Positions 49,261 to 60,860 are shown, counted from the first letter of the stretch. The stretch: DNA of 64,000 nt from an uncultured Acidobacteriota bacterium (GCA_963827655.1 CAWHCF010000049.1:320001-384000), one strand, 5' to 3'. Translations and numbers: made by a program. The notes: generated by a model from the letters alone, not told the origin.

Positions 49261-49576
49261 GGTCCCAGCCTCGCTGGTGAGGGCGCAGTCCGTTCTACCA
49301 GCTTCTAAGATATACAAGGTCCGCCGGCCGAGGGGGCCGGAGTTGTCTGACAATGATCGTAAAAGTGGTTGATCTAGCGGCTGGGCGCTCAAGGCAGGTA
49401 CTGATCCCGACATCGCGGGTCGTGACATCGTCAACAGGGCTGATTTCCTGGACCGCCGTCGAAATCAACCATCGATCAGCTACGTCGCAACTTTACCCTG
49501 CGACACTCCAGTGGAGCGATGGTTTACGATGTGGCTACCGCCTGACGCCTACACCATGCTGCCCGGAACGTGGTTT

Positions 49577-49954
49577 CTAAATAGCGATCTTGAGCGCTAT
49601 TTCACTGTAGAGCGTTTCTGGAACCTTGACGCGACGCTTTCCAGCGCTTCGGCCTGCGGTCAACTTGACGACACCGTACCCCTCGAGGAGATGTAGATCC
49701 TCCTGAACGTTCTTTAGGTTCCGGTTCAGCTTCTTTGCGAGCTGGTAGATCGAGCTCGGGCGCTCGGTTCGGATCGCTCGGAGGAGGGCCAGGCGATTTG
49801 GCGTGAGGAGGTTGCGGGCTGCTTCGATGCTGGCGAAGTAAACGCCTTCTCGACGTCGAACTCGGCGGCCCGCATCCAGCGCTTTATACGCCTCTCGGAA
49901 TTCTTTCATCGCCTTTTCCACAGGTTTGATCCTTATCGTTAAGGTCTTGGCCAT
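49577..49954 (-). CDS. Winged-HTH antitoxin-like protein (HVO_A0114/MarR-like)
   Basis: F.SIEAARNLLTPNRLALL..PSSIYQLAKKLNRNLKNVQEDL..L...G.V; overlaps the upstream toxin gene. Confidence 0.8.
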   Translation of the reverse strand: MAKTLTIRIKPVEKAMKEFREAYKALDAGRRVRRREGVYFASIEAARNLLTPNRLALLRAIRTERPSSIYQLAKKLNRNLKNVQEDLHLLEGYGVVKLTAGRSAGKRRVKVPETLYSEIALKIAI

Positions 49955-50247
49955 TTTCTCTCGCCTACGATCCATCTTACATCCGACGCAAAGTCCGCAA
50001 GGAGTCTGTCGACATCCACGAACACATAAGGCTCTTCGATCCCTTCGATGTGGCGATGGTGCCCTTTGGGCCGATGGTTGTCGTACAGTATCGCAGGGAC
50101 AGTCTCGCCGCGCCGGATGAACGCCAACCGGTACCGCACCCCCGACGTGTTCTGGGACGTTGCGGGAACCTTCCAGAGCACCAGTTCCACGATGTTGCCC
50201 GCCTCATCTATGACCTTCTCGCGAAAGATCAGTGATGCACGCGCCAT
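49939..50247 (-). CDS. DUF6516/TumE-like toxin of a type II TA pair
   Basis: IVELVLWKVP..GVRYRL..YDNHRPKGHHRH..E.Y.F....L..DF..DV. Confidence 0.78.
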   Translation of the reverse strand: MARASLIFREKVIDEAGNIVELVLWKVPATSQNTSGVRYRLAFIRRGETVPAILYDNHRPKGHHRHIEGIEEPYVFVDVDRLLADFASDVRWIVGERKWPRP

Positions 50248-50875
50248 CGCAGCTTCCAATATATGGCATTACGTGCCATGTATCAAGCCAAACATATCAA
50301 CCCGGCGAGGCCTGGAAAGAGAGGGGCGTTCCGGGATGGACTCGGCCAGGTATTCATCCGTCGCGAATGCGGAAATCCTGCGCAGAACAGCGTACATGCT
50401 CGATACGCGGTTAAGAAAGGCGGAGGAAGATCAGAGATGGAAACTTTCTCCCGGTTAGACCAATTACCGCTGGGAAATCTAGGTCCTGCGTAAGGTGGTT
50501 CGAATTCTCAGCGATGGCTCCCAACAATACTCTGGTCGGCAGCAGAGGCGTCAACCAGGAACGAGCACGACGTTGTAACCGAGAGAGCGCAGAAGCGCAC
50601 ACTTCGTCGCGATGAGACATGTCCGAAAGAAAGGTCAAAGTCATGAACCACCCGAAAACCTCAAACAAGCACTGTTGCTGACTCAGTGGGCTCCAACCGA
50701 GAAAAATGCGTGAGGCTTCGGCCGAGAAACTTGGATCTTCGTTCTGCGCATGCTCTGTGGTCGATTACCCGAACGAATGAAAACAGCCCGCCCTAGTCTG
50801 TCTGACCACTGCGAGCATGCTCGATTCCTGGCAGGCTGTTGGCCTGAGATTTCTTCAAATACAAAGACCCTTCGG

Positions 50876-51488
50876 TTACTTGCGCATGGGACGCAGCTTG
50901 ATATTGCGGAACTCGATCCGGTTGTCCTTCTGGCACTGGAAGCCAACCACACCGGAAGAGTGTTTGGACTCCCGCGCGTCGAGCAAAGTCTTGCCGTTAA
51001 GCACAACCACGAAGCGGTCGCCCTCGGCCGTGATCTCGTAGCTGTTCCACTGGTCCGGGAGGATCTTGGTAGCGGCTGCCTTGAGCGATCCTACCAGGCT
51101 GCCGGTGTTGAATCCCGCCGGCTGATAATCCCAGATCTGGAGTTCGTAGCCTGTGATGTGCGGCTGCCCTTCCTTCTGCGAGCGCAGGAAAATGCCGCTG
51201 TTCACCTTCTCCGGGCCGCGGAACTCCAGCTTCAGAAGCGAAATCGGAGAACGATGCCGAAGTGCCAATCCAGCTCGGCATCGTCCCCGCGCAGACCATC
51301 GCTCCATTCTCCGCCTTCCAGTCTCCCGTCCCGTGCGTCTCCCATCCGTCGAGACTCTTGCCGTCGTATAAAAGCACCCAGCCTTCCGCCGCCTCTTTCT
51401 GAGTGAGCGTATTGGGCCGGTCCTGACCGCGGACCGCACTCGCCGCCAGCGCCACGAGACCGATCCCGATAACCAATTGGCGAACCAT
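50876..51488 (-). CDS. DUF1080 (3-keto-disaccharide hydrolase-like) secreted protein, frameshift at ~51235
   Basis: NTLT..E...GW.LL.DGKSLDGW, NSGIFLR, GYELQI, WN.YEI...G, G..GFQ, IEFRNIKLR. Confidence 0.88.
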
Positions 51489-51566
51489 GAAAAAATACCT
51501 CCGTGTCTCCGGCTGATTATCCAGTTTCAGAACCGCCCATGACGGAGCGGCCGGTGGCCGTTCTCC

Positions 51567-52529
51567 TCACCACGGCATCGACCTCTTACTGAATTTCCGG
51601 CCTTTCTCGGCAGCCGCCTGACCGCCGGCGCAGATCATGACGCCCTCCTTGATCATGTCTTCGACGTTATTCTCACCGCAGGCGTTCAGGAAGAAGATCT
51701 TCGCCTCCTTGGTGGCCTTGAGGACACGGGAGCGCGCCTGAAGCATCACCGGCGGAAACTGCCGTTCGCCTCCGCCCGGCCCCTCGCTCTGGGTCAGGCC
51801 GACCAGTGACCATCCCATGTCTCCGGGTCCCCACTCGGCAAACCCGACGCCCGGCACCTTGGACACCTTCTCGGCATTGGCCAGGGCATGCTTGTCTTCG
51901 ATCTTCAGTCCCAGCAGGATCTCGCCATTCTTGTTAAGCGGCCAGGGATCGGCCTTTTTCAAGTACTCGGTGGCAGGGATGCCCCAGATCTGCGCCGCAA
52001 AACCCTGGCTGCCGCTGCCACGGAATCCTTCGCCAATTCCGACAACTTTTTCGGCAAACGGATACCGGCTGGCCTCGACCATGATCCGGATCGCCTCCGG
52101 GGAGCGCGCGTGACACAAAAGAATCCCGTGGACCCCGCAGGCCAGCACCTGCTGCACGACCCAGTAATTCGCCCGCATGCTGATCTCGTCCAGACCCAGG
52201 ACTGGAAGGGTGGCGATGACGGCCGGTGTCCGATGGCCGCTCTTGGTCGGGCCGCCTTCCACCAGACCGCGCATGAACTCGCGCAGAGCCGTCATGTCAA
52301 ACGCGCCGTGCTCCATCTCGTAGTTGATGTAGTCGGCGTAGGTCTGGGCCAGTTTCTTCCCCTCCTCAAAGCCGCCGCGCCCGCCCGTGTAGTAAATCGG
52401 CTGGCCCTGCTCGAGCAGTTCAATAGCCTTGTTGATTCGTTTAGGCTTTCCAGTCGCCGGGTTTTGCGCCGCCAGTGGCGCGGCAGCCAGCACGATGGCA
52501 ATTAGCGTGAATACAAAAGATCTCTTCAT
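51567..52529 (-). CDS. HpcH/HpaI aldolase/citrate-lyase family protein with signal peptide
   Basis: EMEHGAFD, QVLACGVHGI, LKIED..A..N, EWGPGDMG.S. Confidence 0.75.
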   Translation of the reverse strand: MKRSFVFTLIAIVLAAAPLAAQNPATGKPKRINKAIELLEQGQPIYYTGGRGGFEEGKKLAQTYADYINYEMEHGAFDMTALREFMRGLVEGGPTKSGHRTPAVIATLPVLGLDEISMRANYWVVQQVLACGVHGILLCHARSPEAIRIMVEASRYPFAEKVVGIGEGFRGSGSQGFAAQIWGIPATEYLKKADPWPLNKNGEILLGLKIEDKHALANAEKVSKVPGVGFAEWGPGDMGWSLVGLTQSEGPGGGERQFPPVMLQARSRVLKATKEAKIFFLNACGENNVEDMIKEGVMICAGGQAAAEKGRKFSKRSMPW

Positions 52530-53100
52530 GTTCTCTTTCCTCCTGATGGGGGCTCGACCGGTGGCCAAACGCCAAGGCAGGTGAGCTTCGTCGCGTACTT
52601 GTACCGCTGTTTCTATCCCCGACGCCGTGGGAGGCGCAAGCGAATTTTGGCAGGCGGGTCGGTAAGGCTGATCTCAGGCCATGCTCGAGCAGGAATGAAT
52701 GCGCGGACAGCGCTCTATAACACCGGTGCGGAATTCTCCCTTGCGGACGGAGATGGCAAAAGAATTTTCGGTGGCATGGACGTTTTTGAACTCAGATTCC
52801 GCCTTTATGGCTAAGGGCAGCAATCAACTGGTCCCTGAGAGTGGTGAAGCCGTTCGGCAAGGACCGGCGCTACCCGAGTTCAACCCGCAGGCGAGCCATC
52901 AAACACCGGATATTGTGCGCAGCGTGACTGAGGCCGCGGCGACCGTGCTCCGGCTAACAGCGCCGGACCCGCAATGAGGCCGATTACTCTGACTCGGCCG
53001 CCTGCAAAGCTATCCAGGAGGGCGGTCCACGCCACTTCTACTCACAGCTCACCAAAAACAAACCTCAGGCCCTCGCCTGAGAGACGAAAGGAACACCACA

Positions 53101-53673
53101 ATGAAACGGACTATCAAAATCACCCTGCTTGCTGTAGCCCTGGCTATTCTCGCCAGCCTGCCCGGTATAGTGCCCGGCTTCAGACCTCTGGTTGAACTGC
53201 CAGGTATCGTGAAGGCCGCCAATAAACATAACCTCACCTTCGATGTAGCGTGCGACTGCCGCATGGCCTCACCGGCATTCATCAGTGGGAACCGGGGCGA
53301 TGCTTGGATTGTTAGCGGCAAGATCTTTCCTGCCGGGACGCTTCCAGCCGGAACCGCCACCAACGATCCGACTCTGCCCGTCCGCGGAGTCGCCCCGATC
53401 GGCGATTGGACCTGTCGCGGCCAAAGCGCTTTCCCATTTCCGCCTGCCGTCGCCGCGGCTTACAGCGCTACACCCTTCGCCTTCAACACCCAGTACTTCA
53501 TCCTGAACGACGGCCGGGCGTTGACCGTGGAAGGCTATGCCATTCCAACCGGAGAGCGATTGTCGCTGACAGGGGGCATCGGCGGCTTCAGTGGCGCCGG
53601 CGGTGACGTCGAAGAAGGGCCATTCGGCACTAATGCCACCGGATGTCCGAACTTCCATCCGTCTGCGCAGTAA
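53101..53673 (+). CDS. Secreted hypothetical beta-barrel protein (possibly dirigent/allene-oxide-cyclase-like)
   Basis: Signal peptide; GD..IV.G.I, IG.W.C.G, LTGGIGGFSGAGG.V motifs. Confidence 0.55.
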   Translation: MKRTIKITLLAVALAILASLPGIVPGFRPLVELPGIVKAANKHNLTFDVACDCRMASPAFISGNRGDAWIVSGKIFPAGTLPAGTATNDPTLPVRGVAPIGDWTCRGQSAFPFPPAVAAAYSATPFAFNTQYFILNDGRALTVEGYAIPTGERLSLTGGIGGFSGAGGDVEEGPFGTNATGCPNFHPSAQ

Positions 53674-53729
53674 AGAAACGCGGCCAAAGCTGACTGGGTC
53701 ACCCACGACAGCGGTCCAGTTACGCGGCG

Positions 53730-56321
53730 ATCTGTAGCCTTCCCAGCGCTTCTTCATCTCCGCCATGAACTGAAGGAAGGCAGGGTCTTTGCGGATCGGG
53801 TCCAGGAACGAGTCGCGCGCAAAGAGTGGATAGCAGGGGAAGCCTTCATTAACCGTTATGCGCAGCCACTTCACGGCTTCTTCACTCTTGCCTCCCAGCG
53901 CGTAGATGCGGGCGAGTTCGTACGTGGAATGATGATACCCGCGGGATTGTTCGGACCTTTTCTAAAACTGAAAGGGCCACCGCTTCAGCCTCCTGGTGTT
54001 TCCCCTGCAAAGCCAGCAACAATGCCCGGTATACGCGGGTCCACGGGCGGTTGGGATCTTGATACTCCTGCTCGACCCGCGGTTCGGCTTCCTTCAACAT
54101 TCTCTTTTCGACGTAATATCTGAGATCGGGTCCCCGATTGAAAAATCTTTTGTTCGCCTCTAAACCCTCATCGGGTCTGGCCGATTGAAGATAGTGGACG
54201 ACATAGTATTCTTTGGTCCGATCGTTATTAGGGTCTATCTTCAGGGCTAACTCAAACTCTTCGACCGCCTGCTTTTCCAGGCCGATGTGGTGGTAGAGGT
54301 CCGCTAGTTCGGAATGGCCCGCGTTAGGATCATGCTCTTGTGCCAGACGCAACTCGCGAATTGCAGTTTCAACCTGCCACCCTTCGTACTGGCTGAAGGA
54401 AATGAAATAACGCGCCGCGTGAACTTCAGCCAGTTGCGGATCGAGTCTTTCCGCGATGCCAAGTTCCTGTTTCGCCTGTTCAATCAGAGTAGGATTGTTT
54501 TCCTGAAACACGGCTATCCGAGCATAGGCATACCCAAGTTGAGCGTGAGCCAGGGCATATTTCGGATCAAGATCAATCGCTTTCTTAAAGAGATCGATCG
54601 CCAGTTCGGACTCTGATCACTATTGAGACTGGGACCAATACCACCAGAGTGATAGATGGCCTTCGCGTAGTAGCTATAGGCTTCGAGGTTCGAGGTATAG
54701 CGGTTGGTGAGCCGTGCGTGCTGCGCCGGGCTGAGCTTGAGTGCTCAGACGCTGCGCCACCTGCTGCGAAACCTTGTCTCTGAATTGCGAACATGTCGGT
54801 CAAGCGCTCATCAAACTGCTCGGCCCACAACGAGGCGCTATCCTCGACTCTGATCAGATTCACGGTCACTCGCAACTGGTCGCCCACTTGCAGGAACGTG
54901 CTGTCGAGCACGGCATCCACCTTCAGCTCGCGGCCGCTGCGAGCGCGTCCATTTCCGGGTTAACATATTTGCGCACCGCGCTGGGCGGGCGCACCGTCAG
55001 TTCGCCGCTCTGGCTGACCTTCGTGATGATCTCGGTCGCGATGCCCAGTCCGAGGTAGTCCTCCGTCGGCTCACCGGATTGAGCGATTTGAACGGCAGCA
55101 CTGCGAGTGATCTGATTTCAGGCTGTGACCCTGCCGGCGGGCTTCGCCAGAGCAACCAGGAGCCGAGTCCTGCCATCACGACCACGATCACCGCAGCCCA
55201 GGCCAGCCTGACGCGAGAGCTGAGCCAACCGCCCCACCTGAGGCCGGGCGCGCTGACTGTGCTGGTCACGGTTAACTCTTTCGCCCTTTCTTCCAGCTCC
55301 TGGTACAGGGCCTTCAGATCCCGGAGCACGTCCTTGATGGTTTGATAGCGCTCCTCACGGTCTTTGCGCAGCGCTTTCGTCACGATCCGCTCCAGCTCGA
55401 CCGGAACCTCAGGTAAGAACTGGGTGAGTGGAAGCGGCTCCTTGGCCAGGAGCGCCGCAATCACGTCGCTCGAGGTCTTGCCTTCGAATGGGGCGCGCCC
55501 CGCGATCATCTCGTAGAGGACAACGCCCAGGCTGAAGATGTCACTGCGCGCATCCACCTTCTGCCCCCGTGCCTGTTCCGGTGACATATAGTGCACGGTG
55601 CCCATCACCACGCCGGCCTCCGTGCTGACTTCGGCCAGCCGTCAATGCCGCAGTGTCTATGGCCTGCACGCGTGGCTCGGTCAACTTGGCCAGGCCAAAG
55701 TCCAAGACTTTGACGTACCCATCGCGCCGGAGCATGACGTTCTCGGGCTTGACGTCGCGATGCACAATCCCGGCCTCGTGCGCCGCGGCTAAAGCACTCG
55801 CAACTTGCACGGCCACGTCGAGGGCTTCTCTGATCTCGAGCCTCGCGCTCTTCATCCGCTGGCGCAGCGTCTGGCCGTCGATGAACTCGGTGACGAGGTA
55901 ATGTCTCCCGTCAACTTGCCCGATCTCGTGAATGGTGAGGATATTCGGATGGTTGAGCGCCGAGGCCGCCCGCGCCTCTTGCTCGAAGCGGCGCACTCGC
56001 TCGGCCTCTTGGGTGAAGCGGGCCGGCAGCAGCTTGAGCGCGACTTTACGTCTCAGCCTCTGATCCTCGGCCAGGTAGACTTCCCCCATCCCGCCCGCGC
56101 CGAGCAGCGAGAGAATCTGGTAGTGGCCAATCCGTTGCCCAATCAAGGCCGGCACTGAAGCCTGCAGCCTGCGCGCGCGACGCGATCAGCGACTCGACTT
56201 CCCGCCGCAGGGCCTCATCGCCGGCGCACGCTTGAGCAAGGAAAGCCGCCCGCTGACCAGGTTCCAGCTCCAAAGCCGCGTGAAAGATCTGGCCGATTTG
56301 CTGATGCCGCTCAGGCGTCAT
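53730..56321 (-). CDS. Ser/Thr protein kinase with TM, TolB-N-like and TPR regions (several frameshifts; 3' end uncertain)
   Basis: MTPERHQQI leader; [45 protein letters not shown], TPRs, C-terminal D..LDPIR.DP.F. Confidence 0.88.
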
Positions 56322-56572
56322 AAACAGAGTATGCGTGACGAGTCAGGATTATCAAAACAGTCCCTACTCACTCGTCACGGTTCACTGTTGGGCGAGGGCG
56401 TCCTCATCTCATCCCCTCAGGTGCCGAGCTGGTCATGGGATGGCAGAGATTATAACACCGGTGCGGAATTTCTCTTCTTCGCAGCCTCACCGAGATTTCT
56501 GGTATTTCTTCGTGTCTTAGAGGTGTTTGTTTCGCAGCGCTAACCACGAAGACATGAAGAAACCGGGCATCG

Positions 56573-57943
56573 CTAACGGGCGAGCGCCTCGGAGAGCACC
56601 TTGCCCGGCAGGCCCGGCATGCTGAGGTCGAGCAGGTGCGCGATCGTCGGCGCCACATCGTAGTTCGTCGTGTGGGGCAGCCGCGCGCCGCGCCGGACCC
56701 GGTCTCCCGAAAGCACGAGCGCAGGATACATCCGCGGATGGCTCGGCAAGTAGCCGTGGCCGTGGTACGGCCTTTCTTTCGGCATCGGCCGGGTCGACTT
56801 TACAGACCGATCGGCGGCCAGGTGGGTGTCGATGTCGGCCAGGATCGCGTAATGTCCCTGCACGTAGGGACTCTCCTCGTAGCGCGGCAGGCCGAGCCCA
56901 TGGAGATCTTCCGGGCGCACCACGCGGGCGACGCCCTCGAGCTTGAGGGCCCGCTCGAAGACCTTCTCGAGGGCCGGGAGATCGCGCGTCCGGTCGAACT
57001 TCTGGTCGAGCTCGATCCAGAGTGTCCAGTCGCCTCCGTGGAGCCGGACACGGTCCGTGAGGCCGGCCTCTTCGAAGAGCGGGTAAAGGTTGACCTGGCG
57101 CGCTACCGTGTGGAAACCGTGGTCGGCGACGATGAAGAACGTAGTGCGCGCCTCGATTCCGGCGTCCCGGACCGCCTGGCGCAAAACCCCGACGCAGGCG
57201 TCGGCGTTGGTCAGAGCGGCGGCGGCCAGGTAGTGGTCCGGGCCATAGCTATGTTGCGCGTCGTCGGTCGCGAGAAAATGAATGGCAAGCAGGTTGGGAC
57301 GGTGGGCGCGGATGGTATGGGCGGCCGCCCGCGCCAGAACCGCGTCGGCGGCCCCCTTGAAGCCCGGCGAGCGGTACCACTCGTAGTAAAGGTCGATCGG
57401 AACACCTGCCTGCCGCAGCGCCGCCAGGAAGCGAGGCTCGGCCCCGGTCGGGTCGGCATTGTTGCTCGAGTCGAGTGTCTCCGGCAGGTTATAGTCGATG
57501 GCCGGGTCCCCCTTGGTCTCGGGCCAGAAGAAAGCGGCCGTCGTCAGTCCTTTGCGCTTCGCGGCGTCGAAGAGCGTCGGGACCAGGATCGACTCCGATC
57601 GAAGCTTGTTGGTGGGGTGAAACGACTCTCCGGTCGTGCGGTGGCGCAGGCGGTTGGAGAGAACGCCGTGGACCCGGGGCGCGACGCCGGTGATGAGCGT
57701 CGTATGGGCTGGATGCGTCACGCTTGGGAAGACGGTCTCGCTGCTGGCGGCCTGCGCACCCTCGGCAGCCAGCGCCCGGATGTTGGGGAGGGAGAGCTTC
57801 GGGTTGTCGAGATGATAGGCCGCGAAGCCGTCGATCGATACCAGCACCACGTACCCAACCTCGGCTCCGGGCGCGAGCGCGGCCACGATAATGACAAGCA
57901 GCGCGGGCAGTGCACGCAGGCACAGAAATCGAGGCATAGTCAT
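56573..57943 (-). CDS. Alkaline-phosphatase superfamily type I phosphodiesterase / nucleotide pyrophosphatase
   Basis: VLVSIDGF, PSVTHPAHTTLITG..P..HG, D..QH..GP, ADHGF, HGY, DVAPTIA. Confidence 0.9.
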   Translation of the reverse strand: MTMPRFLCLRALPALLVIIVAALAPGAEVGYVVLVSIDGFAAYHLDNPKLSLPNIRALAAEGAQAASSETVFPSVTHPAHTTLITGVAPRVHGVLSNRLRHRTTGESFHPTNKLRSESILVPTLFDAAKRKGLTTAAFFWPETKGDPAIDYNLPETLDSSNNADPTGAEPRFLAALRQAGVPIDLYYEWYRSPGFKGAADAVLARAAAHTIRAHRPNLLAIHFLATDDAQHSYGPDHYLAAAALTNADACVGVLRQAVRDAGIEARTTFFIVADHGFHTVARQVNLYPLFEEAGLTDRVRLHGGDWTLWIELDQKFDRTRDLPALEKVFERALKLEGVARVVRPEDLHGLGLPRYEESPYVQGHYAILADIDTHLAADRSVKSTRPMPKERPYHGHGYLPSHPRMYPALVLSGDRVRRGARLPHTTNYDVAPTIAHLLDLSMPGLPGKVLSEALAR

Positions 57944-58168
57944 GAACCGCATCTTGTATCACGCGCGCGGTTAAATGGAAAGGACAGGGCTCGTTCGAGT
58001 CGCAGTCTGCGACCGGATCCCGCCCGGTCGACGTGCTCAATCGTCTGGTCCCGCGCCAATCAGGTTCGCGGCAATTGCGCTCCGACCGATTGAAGCGGCT
58101 AGAGGCAGTCCCGAATTCGCCGCACGTGTGATAGAGTACCTCCCCCACGTAACCAAGGAGGTGATTCG

Positions 58169-58642
58169 ATGACCACCAGGAAGTTGTGTTTGCCTGGGCT
58201 CGGGATATGCGTGGCCTTGGGTATCATTGGGGTAGGTAGAATCCCGGCCTCGACTCAAACTAAATCCGACCAGCCAAAGGCTCCCGACATCGAGACCATA
58301 ACCGCCGAAGAGCTGAAAGCGAAAGTAGTCAAGAAAGAACCCGTCACAATCATAGATGTTCGCGCGAGCGACGCGTACGTCAGCAGCGAAAACAAGATCG
58401 AGGGTGCCATCTTTGTAAGGTTCAGAAGACTCAAAACCCGACTTGCCCAGCCGCCTCTCAAGGATGTTCCTCGCGACCGGGAAATCGTTACTTACTGCGC
58501 CTGCCCGAACGAGGAAACAAGCATCCGCGCCGCGCAACTTTTCTTGGAAGCAGGCTTCCAGCGCGTACGGGTTTTGAAGGGGGGATGGCAGGCGTGGCTC
58601 AAGGCCAATGGCGGGATGGAATCACGGCCGAAGGGGCCGTAA
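58169..58642 (+). CDS. Exported rhodanese-like domain protein
   Basis: AAGGAGG RBS; ITAEELK..IIDVR, IVTYCACP.E.TS.RAA, LKGGW.AW. Confidence 0.88.
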   Translation: MTTRKLCLPGLGICVALGIIGVGRIPASTQTKSDQPKAPDIETITAEELKAKVVKKEPVTIIDVRASDAYVSSENKIEGAIFVRFRRLKTRLAQPPLKDVPRDREIVTYCACPNEETSIRAAQLFLEAGFQRVRVLKGGWQAWLKANGGMESRPKGP

Positions 58643-59446
58643 GTACGGTTGAGGGGCATGGGCGCGATCGTGACGAAGACAGAAAAAAAACGCGATCAGA
58701 ACGTTTTTCTCTTGACATCGCCGTCAAGGATTCAATAAATTGGCCGCCTTCACGTTCCGTTCAATAAATTGTCGTTCTCTCTGCAACCGCATTCACCAGA
58801 GGGAGCGGTCGCAAGAGAGTTCAAGCAGCCTCTGGCACACTTTTGAACTATTAGGTTTGGTCGCCAGATGAAGGGGAAGCAGCGGCCGGTACGTGGGTTT
58901 GCCCCGCGTCGTTTAACCTGTAGTTCCTCCGGATTTCCGCGGCACACGAGCACGGTAGCTCCGTCATCGTCGTTGCCGGCCGAAACCACCAACTAAGTCT
59001 TCCTCGTAAGCTTCTCATCCGACGGTCTTCAAGCGACTCGAGAAGCTTGATCTGCCGGTTTTGTTTTTACGGCATCGCTCCCTCTAGGGTAGAGCGATCA
59101 CCTGAAATGCGGTTTTTCAACCGATTCAGGTCTCTAGCGCTTTTCCAGCACAAAGTAAACAGCTAGGCTCGGCTAGTAACCACAACTGTGGCTAGAAGCC
59201 TGGGCGAAACTTCCAGGATCGCCCACGATACCTGTGTGCCCGGATGTTTCCAGGGCACGCCGGCAGTTGAGTTGCCCGTGCTTCGACGGTAGAGGTGTGC
59301 CTCGCGGAGTTGCGAGCGAGACACCTGGCAAAGGCCGTGCTGTGCGACAAGCGACTGCCGTCCAGTTTCGCGGTGCTCGAGGTGCGCCCTCTTGGTTTCT
59401 ACTCCAGGCTGCTAGGGCAGTCTTCCTAAGAAGGGGGAAACTAACA

Positions 59447-60723
59447 ATGAAGCTTCTGAAAATCTCTGTGTCGTTGGTTTTTATGATCGTGTTGTTCTGG
59501 CCAATGATCTGAATTCCGTCACGGGAGACGATTCCGCCAGAGAAGCTCCCACTACTGACTTGAACGTCCTTACCGACGATATTTTCAACGGGTTCGGCGA
59601 CAAGGGCCGTCCTGTGGACGAATGCTCGAATCCGCCGGTGGCGAACCGCTCGTTCGAAGATAACAAGTTCATATTCGACGAGCGCGAGACTCCGGAGGAC
59701 GGGCTGGGTCCGGTCTATAACGATCTCGGCTGCGGCTCCTGCCATCAGAACCCGGAGAGCGGCGGCATCAGCCAGATCAACGAACTGCGGGCCGGACATG
59801 TGTCTAAGCGGCAACTTCGTTGATCCTCCAGGTGGTTCGCTGATTCAACTGCGGGCGCTCGCCGCCCCCATACAGGAGCGTCTGGACGACGCCCCGCTCG
59901 AAAACATCAGGACCTTTCGAACGACTCTCAACGTCATCGGCGACGGCTTCATCGAGGCCATCGCCAACAGTAAAATCGAAGAGATTCAGGATCGACCAGC
60001 CGTCAGGCTTCCAGGGCACCATCATCAGGGTTCCGGTGGTCGAAGACCGCGGTACGCTTCGCGTGGGCCGCTTCGGCTGGAAGAACCAGCATGCCAGTCT
60101 GGTGTCGTTCTCCGGTGATGCATATTTCAACGAAATGGGCATCACCAATCCGTTTGACGGGAATGGCGGAAGGAGAGAGAACACCTCTCTGGGCGACTCG
60201 GTCGCAGCATTCGACCGAGTAGCAGACCCCGAGGACGATGGCGAGGATGTCGAAGCCTTCGCCAATTTCATGAGAGCCACCAGCGCTCCCGGCCGCGGGC
60301 CGATCACACTCCGCGGTTCGTCGCGGTGAGGATCTGTTTGAGGAAGTATCCTGCTCTCAATGTCACACTCCGACGATGACTACCGCAGAACCCGGCACCC
60401 TTATCAACGGCGGCCAGTTCAGAGTGCCGTCAGAGCTGGGCAACAAGATCATCCACCCGTTCAGCGATTTCCTGCTGCACGACATCGGGACCGGTGACGG
60501 GATCGTCCAGAACGGCGGTCAGGCCACCCGGAACATGGTGCGAACGCCGCCGCTTTGGGGTGTGCGCACTCGCCCGATGCTGATGCACGACGGGCAGTCG
60601 TTCACCTTCAACGAGGCGATTCAGCGCCACGCGGGTGTGGGCGGCACAATTTCAAGGAACTCCTTTAACGCCCTGTCCTCCTCGCAAAAGGCGGATCTTA
60701 TTGCGTTCCTGAAGTCGCTGTGA
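59447..60723 (+). CDS. Di-heme oxidoreductase (DHOR/DUF1111) family protein, about 4 frameshifts
   Basis: GLGPVYN..CGSCH, G.G.IEAI, GRFGWK, AY.NEMGIT, CSQCHTP, SDFLLHD.G, RT.PLWG, MHDG. Confidence 0.85.
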
Positions 60724-60759
60724 AGTCACCGGCCTCAGGGTCAGGTGGAGAATATGGAC

Positions 60760-60793
60760 AGAGGCTCGCCGCTGAGTTTTTGGGCGAGCCTCT
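60760..60793 (+). terminator. Hairpin downstream of the DHOR gene
   Basis: AGAGGCTCGCC ... GGCGAGCCTCT 11-bp stem; weak U-tract. Confidence 0.45.
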
Positions 60794-60860
60794 CGTCTTA
60801 TCTAAAGCCACCACGAAGACACGAAGACACAATTCATGAAGTAGCCAGGTCATGTATATG

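Noticed and set aside
50486-50523. attR or tRNA fragment (GTAAGGTGGTTCGAATTCTC)
   Set aside because: Only a loose T-loop-like match to tRNA-Pro(CGG); the acceptor-stem 3' sequence is absent and no cloverleaf forms.
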